A stretch of 64,000 bases of DNA from Moniliella sp. 'wahieum' (taxonomy: Eukaryota). Positions within the stretch are counted from its first letter, which is position 1; every line of letters begins with the position of its first letter. The notes beneath the pieces were generated by a model that saw only the letters and a list, made by a program, of their open reading frames with translations, had not been told where the DNA came from and searched no databases. The position numbers and the translations under genes were made by a program. Location: NCBI GenBank assembly GCA_003971905.1, contig RSEE01000025.1, positions 496,001 through 560,000 of the forward strand, given 5' to 3'. Below are positions 13,877 to 25,116 of the stretch, piece by piece.

Positions 13877-14769
13877 CTGGCGCGAGCGGCGAGACGGTGC
13901 CGCACAGCAGCAGCCAGAGCCAGAGCCAGGACCAGAATTATAGCCCACAAGCGGGACAAGTGCATGTGGTGTCCATGCTCCAATATAATTCGGTCGTCCG
14001 TTGCAATTACAGTATCAGAGTCGATTGAAAAGGCGTAGCAGGGTGATCATGTCGGTCCCACCTGCACCCATGGTGGCTGCACCACTGCAGTAAGCACATT
14101 TTTCGTTCGCGGGGGAGAGGACGAAAAAAGAGATTATGGAGATATGCATGATATTTTATGGGCATTTTATTGTGACAAAGCCGTGTGTCTTTGTTTCCTC
14201 TCCAAAGCGGGAGGAAGTTTGCCCGCGCCTCATCTCTATAATAGGGAAAAGAGAAAGGGGTACTGTCGATAGAAGTTCGTCTCATTATACGAGACACAGT
14301 TTTTTGAAGCAAATGGAAGAGGGGGACATGGCTATAATATCATACCCCTTCATTCCATACAAATTGAAGTCGTTTGCTCTGCCGAAGTGTATCTCGATGC
14401 CCTGTTCATTTACCCCCACCACCTCTTCCGTCGGAAGTGGCTTTCCGCAGGGGTTTTCATGAGCCATACGTGTGATCGGAACGGAACGTCAATGTCCACG
14501 GTATCACACCATCCTATGGTTCTCCTGTGGAACCAGGAGAGATTCCCTTGGCGGGAAGTAGATTGTATTTATATGACCTCTGTATAGCCAGCTAGTAACC
14601 ATCCGGTATCGCCTTTTCACCCACATGACCTGCATGACTTCGATGGAGTATAAGGGAAAGGTGCTGGGAAACATGGTCCCGTAGTACTCACAGAGGCCAC
14701 AACAAGCGTCCTGTAACCCGTGGTGCCCCTTTTTTATTTGAATTTAAGAGAGACCTCCGAAGCCACCAC

Positions 14770-16622
14770 ATGTATGCGGAAATGGGCGACTTCAGCCACG
14801 TCGCCATGCTCGACTTTACCAACGCGTTCAACACTGTGCGCCGTCGCACACTCGCCAAGGCGCTCCATGCTACGCCCCCCACCTCCTCACCTTGGGCCGG
14901 TGGATCTATGGTTCCCCCACCCAGCTTTGGGTTGCGTCGGGCGGAAATGAGACCAGCGTCCTGTCGGCAGAGGGCGTGCGGCAGGGCGACCCCCTCGCCC
15001 CTTTTTCTTCTCCATCGCAGTGCGGCCCACGCTAGAGAAGTTGAGCATTGCTCTGCCGCCGGGGCACCTGGTGATGGCATACCTGGACGACATTACCATT
15101 TTCGGTCCAGAGCCAGGCATTACCGGCCAAGCTGCGGAGATTTGGAAGACGACGCGTCAGGCCTCAAGCTCAACCTGCGCAAGTGCGTCGAGCGGGACCG
15201 GGACCAGATCCGGGAGGATGGTCTGCAGGTTCTGGGCACTTGTGTGGGAGGGGTAGACTGTTGTCGATCGTGGCTCCGGGCCCAACTGGCCAGTCTGAGG
15301 GAGAACATGCCTAAGTTTGATGGCATCACCCGCCAGGGACGCCTCTTACTATGGCGGCTCAGCACTCAGACCAAGCTGCGCCACCTGCTCCGCACCATGC
15401 AGATGGAAGGAGAGCTAGACGAAGTGCTGGCCGAGATCGATGCCTTCATCTGTACGGAGTTCAGACGGATCCGGGGCGACGAGGATCCCCAAGGTGCCAA
15501 GGACGACCACTTCGACATGCTCATGAGCCTGCCTCTCCGGCTAGGAGGATGCGGCAGCCGCTTTACTCGTATATCGCGCCCCACGCCCGTGCCGCGGCCA
15601 ACGAGGTCAACGACTATCTTATTACCACTTATGTTGACCGTTCGGGACCGCAAACGGCAGAGGCCAACGCATTTACGAAGCAACGCCAGCGCTGCCGCGA
15701 GATGTGGGAGAAAAGTCGACAGGAGCTGCCAGAAGCTGGACGCTGCCGATGGTCGTCACGTGGTTGAGCACAGCAACCCGCTGAGCCACAACTGGCTCTC
15801 CGCCATTCCGTCCGTCCCATACCTCAGGCTCTCCGACCAGCAGGTCCAGGTTGGTCTCCAGCTCCGCACGCTGTGCCGCACCACGCGCAGCATGTGCAAG
15901 TGCGGTGTCATGTCCTCGCTGGAGCACATCATGTATTGCACTCGCTCCCAGGCCAAGTTTGGAGCGTTGCATGACGCAGTGCGGGAGCCCATTCTCCAGC
16001 TCCTACGCTCCATTCCCGAACCCATGTCCACAACGAACCAATGGTGGAGGACGAGGATGGCCGGAGACAGAGGACACAGCGCACTGACTACCGCGTGATG
16101 GGACCCGGAGCACTGGGAGGATCAGGAATGGAGGGGACCACACGCTGCGCGACACGGGATCACTGGCAGCGCAGAGCGCGTTCCGGAGGGTGGTGCACGC
16201 GAGCACCGCAACCCCCTTGGAACGCCGGGAGAAGGAGCTGCTTCGGATGCTTGAACAAGCAGAATGCGAGAAGAACGCCAAGTACCAGGGACGCACTCAA
16301 GAGACGTTTTTCCCCCTGGTTTTGACGACGCGAGGATACTACGGCACCAAGACGGCGAGCAAGTTGTTTGCGCATTGGAAGGAGTTGGCTACTAAGTCTC
16401 AGTGGAAATGGTTCCTCGCTCGGATGTCAACCACGTTCCTCCGTGTCCATACGCGCTTCCTAGGGTACGGGACCGGATGGCATGAGCCGGAGGGTCCTGA
16501 TACCTGGCGATCCCCCTGGTTCCTTGACCCTGGTGGCGCCCCTAAGTAACCCCCGCAAGATGAACGGTTAGGTTTAGACGTAGCGTTCCCCTGTCCCAGC
16601 CTTCTTAAGTCTGCCAATTGAA
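14770..16622 (+). mobile_element. 5'-truncated non-LTR retrotransposon, CRE clade (Cnl1/MoTeR-like): reverse transcriptase, CCHC knuckle and restriction-like endonuclease
   Basis: Frameshifted ORF 14770-16549: LDFTNAFN, GVRQGDPLAPFFFS, VMAYLDD, GLKLNLRKC, VLGTCVG, LSLPLRLGGCG-like thumb motif (LMSLPLRLGGCG), WLSAIP, CKCG...HIMYC, LHDAVR (RHD-like), RTDYRV (PD-like), EKNAKY, FFPLVLTTRG. RT motifs upstream of domain 3 are absent. Confidence 0.9.
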
Positions 16623-16732
16623 TGGAAGTTACTAAGGCTTTTTCGAAGCCCTATCTCCTCTTGGTGTGGCAAAAGGCTTGGGCCTCAACATCTCAACCCA
16701 CCGTCAACCGTCGCGCTGTATTACCCTACATC
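16623..16732 (+). repeat. Short dispersed repeat, copy B (right flank of the retroelement)
   Basis: Reverse-complement similarity to about 18-114, including the 26-nt exact TCTCCTCTTGGTGTGGCAAAAGGCTT. Confidence 0.75.
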
Positions 16733-18108
16733 TCCAGAGCTTTTCTCCGTCGAAATGCTTGGGTTCCTCAGGTCTACAAACGGACAAGGAAGGCGGCATG
16801 ACATTACCTTAATTGTGCTGCTTATCTGGCTCATACGATGCCACTCTGTCCCGATGATCGATGACCCACTGTTGCTAGTATATATATGTCCGGCACATCG
16901 AGAGCCACACACGCAAAACAGGTTTTCGCGCCCCCCTCACACCTACTCCGGAGGCGGCGGGGAGACATCCGGACTTCGGCTGCTTGCTTGTGCTGTGGGC
17001 GCAATCGCGCATGGATACACTGCCTTGGCCTCCTCCAGTGGGAAGAGAGCCACCGCGCATGGCGAAGACCATATACGGGGCTGAAAATTCTCAGCGGAAG
17101 GCCACTTGTGCCTCTCGTCTGTACCTGGTCTCACAATCCCGCTGACCGCGGCTCACCGCCCACTGAGGATCAACGAGATCATCGATGAAATTATCCCGTT
17201 ATCGATTATCAATTGTCGCGCATCTCGATTATCAAAGTTGCGCAAGGGCGCGAAGCGGCGCCCCTGTGACCAGTCGACTGATCCACTCCACAGCAGAAGG
17301 CACCAGGGCAGCAAGTAATTCGTTGCTGGCGCTTGGCTTTCATGATATCAGCGCTGAGACTCAGTGCGCTCAGTCTTGAGCGCTGTGAGCAGGAGCAAGT
17401 AAACTGAAAATGCCCAGACTCAGCCTACTGTCAGCGCTTTTATGTAGGAACTGGGCGCTGTGGATGTTCAGGCGTTCACAGGGTCAGGCCGGTCAGGTGG
17501 AATATGCCGACATCCTGAACGCAGGCTCTGTCCCTCCGCTCTGCCCAGGGTTGGCGAGGGTGCAAAAGGCCCCGACAGTCGCCCAGTCCGCCTTGGCGTG
17601 GTGGCGTCTTGTTCTTGTGTGTATAGTATACAGATACGCGGTTCCGACCCGCGTTCTCGGGGTTAGCGAGACGCTCTGGGACACTGAGGGGCTTAGCCTT
17701 GCTTTCGGATCTTGTTGCTGTTGATGATTGACTTCTGAAACTCTGAAGCTTGACGGGCGCCTGACCGCAGAGAAAAGGAGGAACCACGCCGCCAAAGAGA
17801 AGGGGAGCACAAAGCTCTCCTAATATAGGGAGTCATGCACAGCACTCACACAGTGCAGGCCGATAGGCACCCTAAATCGGCGCCACAGGTACCACCGACC
17901 TCTCTTTCATTGCATGTTTTGGTCACGCGAGAGGCGTCCTGGGCTTTAAATCCTCCCACGTACACGTACCCCTCCTTCCATCGTTTCTGTTGGTGTCTCC
18001 TGGGCCTCTTCCTTCCGCCACCACTTCCTTGTTTTCACCCAAATCCACCCTGCTGCATTTCACCCCAATACACCTGTGCACCGCCAATATCGCTCTTGCG
18101 TGTCACCC

Positions 18109-19778
18109 ATGAGCCTCCATTCATACGACATTGAGAAGGCTCCCACTGCGACTCTGCTCATCCGACATCGACGAGAAAAAGGAATACTTGGACGAAAAAG
18201 ATGCCATTCACAACAGATCGAAGTCGCATCCTACATCAATCTGCCGACGAGGATGCAGAGAATGCGACGCCTGACATCCAGTTGCCCAACAATCCTTTGG
18301 ACGCTTCATTGCCACCATTGGCCATTACAACCGCAAGCTCGAGAAGGTGCTAGGCATCGAGGCTCGTGGCATTCAGCGCGTCAAGGCAAATGAATGTACG
18401 GACCCTCACCTTTACGGTAACCTGATGGTCTGGCTTGCAGCCAATTGCACCTGCCCACCGTATCGATTGGTGTGCTGGGCCCCTTCGTATTTGGGCTGCA
18501 CCTCGGGACAGTCTGCTCACTATCGCCTTCATCTGCATCTTTGCTGGTGTGCGCTGCCTATTGCGCCACCTTTGGGCCCCGGCTTGGCCTACGCCAGATG
18601 ACGTCCTCCAGGTTTTCGTGGGGGTGGGGGTACTATGGGGCAAAATTTGTTGCACCCTCAATTGCATGGCCTGCGTCGGCTGGTCCATTAGCAACACCAT
18701 CGCGGGTGCCCAGACGCTCTCGGCAGTGGCGGACTTTAAGGGCGCTTTCACTTCTGGTGCGGTAGGGGTGGTGATCATTGCCATTTGACGCTTGTAGTGG
18801 GGCTGTTTGGGTACCGTGTGGTGCACTGGTACGAGCAGATCGCCTGGTTTCCACTGCTGTGACGTTGCTGGTCATGTTGGGCGTGAGCGCCAAACACTTT
18901 GTCTCGCAGCCCATGATGACCGGCACCGCCGAGGCGGCCTCAGTTTAAGCTTTGGCGGAACGATCTGGGGCTTTGTGATTGGATGGTATCGCTCGCGTCG
19001 GATTACAATGTGTACATGCCCGAGAATGCTTATTCACGCAAGAGTATCTTCTTGTACACGTATGCGGGTGTGGTCACGCCCTGCGTGTTGCTGATGTGGC
19101 TCGGAAGCGCGATCGCCAGCGCCGCGATTAGCGTAGCCGACGCCGACGGCAATATCTTGCCCAACGCAAGCCCTACGCTGGTCAAGTGGTACCACGGATA
19201 CGAGGACGAAGAATTAGGGGGTCTCTTGCGCGCCGTGTTGTGTGGGACCAATGCATGGTGGTGGAAAGTTCTTCATGGTCATCCTTGTCCTCTCGGTTGT
19301 GGCCAACAACATTGTGAATGTGTACTCGATGGGACTTTCTATCTCGGTCATCTCCACTACCTTGCGGCTCTCCCTCGTTTGATCTGGCCCATCATCGTTA
19401 CTGCCATCTACATCCGCTTGCCATTGTGGGGTACCACTCCTTTGCCTCGACACTGGAGGATTTTATGTCGATCCTCGGCTACTGGCTCGCCATTTTGTAA
19501 CTGTCCTGTTGGAAGAGCACTTCATCTTCCGTCACAACGACTTGCCAACTACCACGTCGAGGGGTCGTGGAATAACAAGCACAAGTTGCCAATTGGCTGG
19601 GGTGCTCTGGGTGCCTTCTGTTGGTGCCGCAGGTGTGGCAGTGGGAATGAGCCAAGTATGGTACAATGGCCCCATTGCCAAGACGTTGGGGGAGACATTG
19701 GGTTTGAGCTGGCTTCGGGCTTTTCCGGCCTTGCTTACCCTGTTCCGTTACCTGGAGATCAGGTATGTGGGGCGGTGA
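18109..19778 (+). CDS. FCY2: Purine-cytosine permease (NCS1 family, FCY2-like)
   Basis: LGIEARGIQRV, WLAANCT, GPRLGLRQMTSSRFSWG, LNCMACVGWSISNTIAGAQ, ASDYNVYMP, LEDFMSILGYW, EEHFIFR, GMSQVWYNGPIA, GDIGFE, RYLEIRYVGR*. Frameshifted. Confidence 0.88.
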
Positions 19779-20369
19779 CGTAAATAAGGTCGGCACCACC
19801 ATCCGTCCCTGTTTCCTTCCCTGCGCTAGCCAGCGGCAGACGCTGTCCCTCTCCACGCCAAAAGTGGCTTCTCGGCCATGGAGTTCGCCTTGTACGGCAT
19901 TCCCTGCTCGCCCGTTCTATATCGTTTCTCTCTCCACCTTACGTGTCTCGTTTCCCTATTATACGAATCTTGTTACGCCCCCATCTGTAAATGGACTGGG
20001 CAGTGTTCGCTTGGTTGGGACCAGCCAACATCTGGCATTTCGCATAGGTTCTCTCTTGTCCTAGAATCCATGCGGATACGCCTCAACCGGGGGCGCACTG
20101 TCGTCAGCGTGATCTAAGACAAAAAATCCAGCCCATGAAGGTGGGAAAACAGAGGGGCTGATGCACCCGAGGGCAGACGGCAAGAGCGAGTCTTTCATCA
20201 CGAAAAGCCAGTGACTATTGAATGGGGAGAGTGCAGTGTAAATATGCGGTCCTAACGTGGACGAAGGGGGGAGACGTAATTAGGCCCTTAGCAGGCAACA
20301 TCAACCGAAAGTGCAATCGCCAGACCGGAATCGCAGATACCCGGCTGTGCCGTCAGTCCAACCCGCTCG

Positions 20370-21044
20370 CTACACGGGAAAAAAACTGAGGCGGCCGCTC
20401 TGGTCAAGATCTTCCGGTCCGAATGAGAGCGGAAGGAGTTCGCCCAGGGTACGGATGGTAACCTTTGCCTCGGCTTCGGTAGCGTCCGCATGCGATGCTG
20501 CGTCGGAGGTCCAGCTGGAGTGGACCATGAGGATGGGCGTATCGTTGGTGCAAAATTCGCGAATGAATTGGCGGCAAATGCCGCAGGGAGAACAAGGTCC
20601 GTCCCGGTCGGATGACACAGCGATGGCAACAATCTATCCAGCACCCCACGCCCCTTTGCGCCGTGCTCCCAGAACCGAGGCGTGGTGGCCAGGTGGGTGA
20701 GGGCTGTGCGCTCGGCACAGATGCCTGCACTGTATTGGTACCAAGCAGGTCAGCACCAGTCCCATACAGCAGAAAAATACTGCGAATCCAAAAACATACC
20801 GTACGAAGCATTTCCTTACGTTCGCCCCCGGAACAATCTCCCCCGATGCAAGAGCAGCGCAGCACCTACATGGAACTTGCTGCACACCAGGACCAACCAT
20901 CGGGCGGAACGTAGCCTTCCACCGACCCAAGGGCGTACAGAGCAAAGGCAGGGCAGACGAACCTGTAGGGCGCATACGCCGTGTTGCGCGCTTCGAGGGC
21001 AGCACCGAGGACCTTGTGCGTAGCTCGAGCGGGATTGTCGACAT
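20370..21044 (-). CDS. CDD1: Cytidine deaminase (homotetrameric type), with introns
   Basis: AYAPYS/KFHVGAALL, GANV, CAERTA, PCSPCGICRQFIREF, TLGELLPLSFGPEDL. Confidence 0.9.
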
Positions 21045-21206
21045 GGTGGACGGCGCGCTGATGATTGTTCTGCAGAATCCACTCGACGATCCAGTGTTGA
21101 TGTCGTACGGAAGCAGCTGAGCAGCCCACGTGGATGGCCCTTATCTACAGGGTTACGTAATTATCTATTTGTCTACGTGACCCTCTCGGCATCTGCTACT
21201 CAACAA

Positions 21207-21290
21207 GGACGGCTGGCGCAATGGTAGCGCGTCTGACTACGATTTTCAAAGTGTAATCAGGAGGTTGCAGGTTCGACCCTGCGTCGTTCG
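21207..21290 (+). tRNA. tRNA-Arg(ACG) with a 13-nt intron (about 21243-21255)
   Basis: Acceptor GGACGGC/GTCGTTC, D arm GCGC-AATGGTA-GCGC, anticodon stem TCTGA/TCAGG with CT-ACG-A, T arm GCAGG-TTCGAC-CCTGC (loop one nt short, probably an indel error). Confidence 0.9.
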
Positions 21291-22081
21291 ACCCGACAAG
21301 GGCGTCCTTATTTTTGCCGATGGTGTGTATCCAGGCCCTCAATCTTCCTCTTTTGAAAGGACTTATTCTCATCGAGATCATTACAGCCCACGTACATCGG
21401 AACCAAGGTTAGCCCACGTCCACGACGTCTGGTTCAGCCCAACATGCAACACGGAAAAGTATTATTGAACGTGATTGACCCGCCCACAGTTCGTTAGTGA
21501 TTTTCAAGATCGGTCGTTCCGACCAAGATGATATTGCGCGGTTTGTCGGGCAGGTGAGGCTGTGGCTCACAGGCTTGAGGCCATAGGGCTTTTGGACCTT
21601 TCAGCGTCGTTCGCGTGAGATAGAGGGCTACAGAATATGCATGCAAGGAACTTGCGATACATGAAAGTTGATGGCCGAAAGAAAGGCAGAGAAAAGGACA
21701 AATGGATCTATGTATGTGAAGCACATCAACTAGCACGGGTATGGTGAGGACGAAGGTCGCACCTGTGTGCTACGCGACCGGAGGGAGGACAATGAAAACA
21801 TGCCATGGATGGGGGCGCATATAGGGCAGGATAGAGGACAGGGGTATGTCTCTGCAGCGCAAAGCCATCAGCAGCGCACGACGGAATAAGAGATGGTGCG
21901 TCGGCGGGCAGACGAGGAGGAGACCGACGAAGAGGGGGGAGAAAGGGCGAGAACTTGGATGCAAGAAAAAGCGCAGCGGTACTTATGATCATGATGCATG
22001 ATGCGCGAGGTTGCGCCGGTCATGCATCCAGCAGCCCCATGAGTGCGTTGTGCATTATCCCCGACCTGGAGCCGCTCCAGT

Positions 22082-24041
22082 TCAAGAGTTCGGGGGAATA
22101 AGAGAGTTCGAGACCCTGATCCACCCACAGTTGGAGCCGATCAATGATTTATTGGTTTGGGTGATGTCATCTTCCCCAGATGGGTACACTGACACCCACA
22201 GGGCCAGTGGACCGGTCGGGATCGGAGAGTATCGTCGCGTTGTGAGGTTCAGACGCCAAAACTTGTCTCTCTTCGCCGTGACGTCTCGCTCCCGCCCAAC
22301 CCGCCCAGTTCGACTGGGGGGTGGCCACGGGATTCGTCCAAGGGCGTGGCAATGCTGGTGGCGCACTCGCTTGAATCGGGGGACACAGCCAAAGTAGGTG
22401 TCGGCACCGGGGTGGGCGCAGGGGTTGGGCAGAGGGCTGGATTCGCCCAGGCAGTGTCGAAGCGCAGACCTCGTCCGGTGACTCCCCCTCTAGCGCACAC
22501 CATTCGGCCCGCATGGCTTCTTGTTCAGCTTGGAACACTTGCATCATCTCGGTCCGGTGAGTAGTGAGCTCGACCGAGTCAAACTCACTAAATGCAGAGG
22601 GCGGCGTCCAGGTAGCTGAGGATTCATAGTACGCAGCGAGCCATGGATGGTCCAGCGCCTCGGCGGCAGTCATACGCTCGCTTGGCTCCCATGTGAGCAG
22701 GCGCGGACTAGATCAATCGCCAACGGATCGCACCGGAGGGAAGAGGGAGGTCAAGGCAGCTGCCGGATGGAGGCCCCAGGACGCGACCTGGTTCGGGCCG
22801 AGGCCGAGGCCGACTTGGCCAAAGTCGCCTCCGACGGACTGCCAAGTAGCTGGGTAATGCACCACAATTGATCCATGGCGTCTTTTCCTGGGAACAAGGG
22901 CTGCCTCAGCAAAAGTTCCGCGATGATGCAGCCCACGGCCCACATGTCCATTCGGGACCATACCCCTCCTGAAATTGGAGCAACACCTCGGGCGCACGGT
23001 ACCACCGCGTGGCCACGTGGCCGGAAAGAGGCTCGCCAGGGTAGGATAGGCGGGTACTTTGCGGCGGGCAGGGCAACCGTAGCGATGACGGGCTGGCGTG
23101 AGCTGGCTGCCAAGCCAGGACTGAGGCGGGTGTTTGACATGAGGCATTGGGGGAGAAGGAAACGTCGGCGGCACTGTGGGCCGAGGGGATGGTGGAAGGA
23201 GGTGGGTAGTAGCAAGACCACAGCCGCCCTCAAAAGGAACCTCGGACCAAGCACGGGCTAGGCCATAGTCGCAAATGCGCAGAGCACAGTCGGCGTTGAC
23301 CAACAGGTTGCTTGGCTTGAGGTCTCGGTGGACAATGTGAGCCGCGTGCATGTACCGCACTCCACGAAGCATCTGAACGGCAAAATATGAAGATGCGCGT
23401 TGCTAAGCGGTTGGCTGGAGCGGATGATTTGGGCCAGAGTAGCCTCGGAAGGGGCCATAATGAAATAGATCTCATCCCACTCGACAAAGGTAGCATCAAA
23501 GTCGAGAAGGACAGTTGAATTATCGCAGAAGCTCAGATGGCGGAGGATGGCAACCTCGCGTAATGCATGGCGTGCAATGCCACGGTTGTTGAAGACACGA
23601 CCCATTTTCTTGATGCTGGAATGAAGGCAAGGTTAGCGCTGCGTGACCAAGAGGGAGAAATGAAGAAAACGTACGCAACCGTCACATCCAGGACAGAATC
23701 ATGAGCCAGAGCAACACAGCCATACGAGCCGACGCCCAGGGGGCGAACGAACGAGTAGCGCTGATGGACATGAAAGGGGACACCAAGGCACTCAAAAGTA
23801 TGGTATGCCATGGCCGCCAGGCGTTTGGGGGCAAAGGGACGAAACGCTTTTGGCTTGTCCGCCGGGGCACTTTGGGGTGGTGGGGGCATGAGCTCGACAG
23901 GGGGAAGAGCGGAGGGTGCAAGTGACCTGCGGGGCGGAGGGGGTGGACGAGTTGGCGGCGGCAGTCACGGGGCCGACGGCGAGGGAGTAAGACGGGCGTG
24001 CTGCTGCAGGCACAGGGTGAGGGGCTCGAGCTGGCAGACAT
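22082..24041 (-). CDS. Atypical MAP kinase (CMGC, Slt2/ERK-like) with SGH activation motif
   Basis: LGVGSYG, A|IKK split by an intron, [71 protein letters not shown]. Both ends approximate. Confidence 0.85.
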
Positions 24042-24788
24042 CAAGAGGGAGGAGAAGTGGTGGTGGTGGTGCGGAGTGCCAAGGGAAATAGTGGCAAGGG
24101 TGGCTGAGATGCTACGGAGGCGGATGGCTGCAGCTGTGCCAACTCCGCGTTTCACGATGCGGTGCACTTTTCATGGCGCTGCCAGCTGCAGGCTGCGCGT
24201 CCGCAAATGCACTCCTGTGTCGCCAATTCGCGCGCAGGGTCTGCCTGCGCGGGCGGCCAGATCTCAGAGGTCACTGCTCCTACGCCAGCAGCCATTGGTC
24301 AGCCGCTCTCGGCCGCTTCCGGGCGCCTGCGGACTGTCCACACCTGCTGGGAGGGTGCACAGGGGTGCAGCAGGGTTGCGGCAGGCGGCGGGACAGCGCA
24401 CGACACTGGCTGGATCCAGCGCGGCTGCCAGGGCACGGGGCCACAGTGGAGATCCAGCCTCCGGTGCATTTCCCCAGACCACACCGGGCTGCCGCTACGG
24501 CCGCACCGTGGGCGGCCTGTGTGACAGGTGACATGTGGCACGCAGTACGCTGTAGTAGCTAGTAGGACGTTGGGCACCGTCCCAGTCACTCGTCACTAGA
24601 GTCACTGGCCAGGAGCTGTCCTGGGGGCGTACCCATCGACTGCGGGGGATTAAAGTGCCCAGGCTCGACAATAGCCACATGGCCCAGACCCTCGTTTCGC
24701 ATTGCCCTTGTGCCAGCTGAGCGAATCCTCGGAAGCCCCCGCTATCCCCGCAATGCGCGAGAGTGAAAGTGAGGGTATGCTAGCCACT

Positions 24789-25116
24789 TGAAGCTTCAAG
24801 CTTGAAGCTTGACATGTGACAAGGGGCCTAGGCCCAAGGCCTAAGGGACCTAAGGCCTAGGACTACTTCGGTTGGCCAGGCCACTCACTGCCAGGTCTCA
24901 TAAACTAAAGCCTCATATCCTCAGAGAGCTGAACCTCAGCGCTGAGCCTCTGGTGTAATCGTGTGATCTGCTCGATGATCACCCATGCGACCTGTGGTGA
25001 GGTTACCGGTTACCGGTTACCGGGTACTAGTTACTAGTTACTGGTTACCGGCGCGATTCCCGATTACCGGTTACTCCGGCTACTAGTTACTAGTTACCTA
25101 GTTACCGGTTACCGGT
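24789..25116. repeat. Cluster of 7-bp-period palindromic arrays (AGCT, CATG, GGCC, CCGG and CTAG cores)
   Basis: 24789-24819 tga-agct-tca-agct-tga-agct-tga-catg-tga; 25003-25051 tta-ccgg-tta-ccgg-tta-ccgg-gta-ctag-tta-ctag-tta-ctgg-tta-ccgg; similar at 25080-25116. Confidence 0.9.

Noticed and set aside
16640..16730. HDV-like ribozyme (ATC-TCCTCTT-GGT resembles P3/L3) next to the retroelement
   Set aside because: I could not find the P1 and P2 partner strands in either copy.
17400..18108. TPP riboswitch upstream of the NCS1 permease
   Set aside because: The conserved TPP aptamer motifs are not present in the required order.
25003..25116. CRISPR-like array
   Set aside because: The context is eukaryotic, the units are 7 bp, and there are no unique spacers or cas genes.
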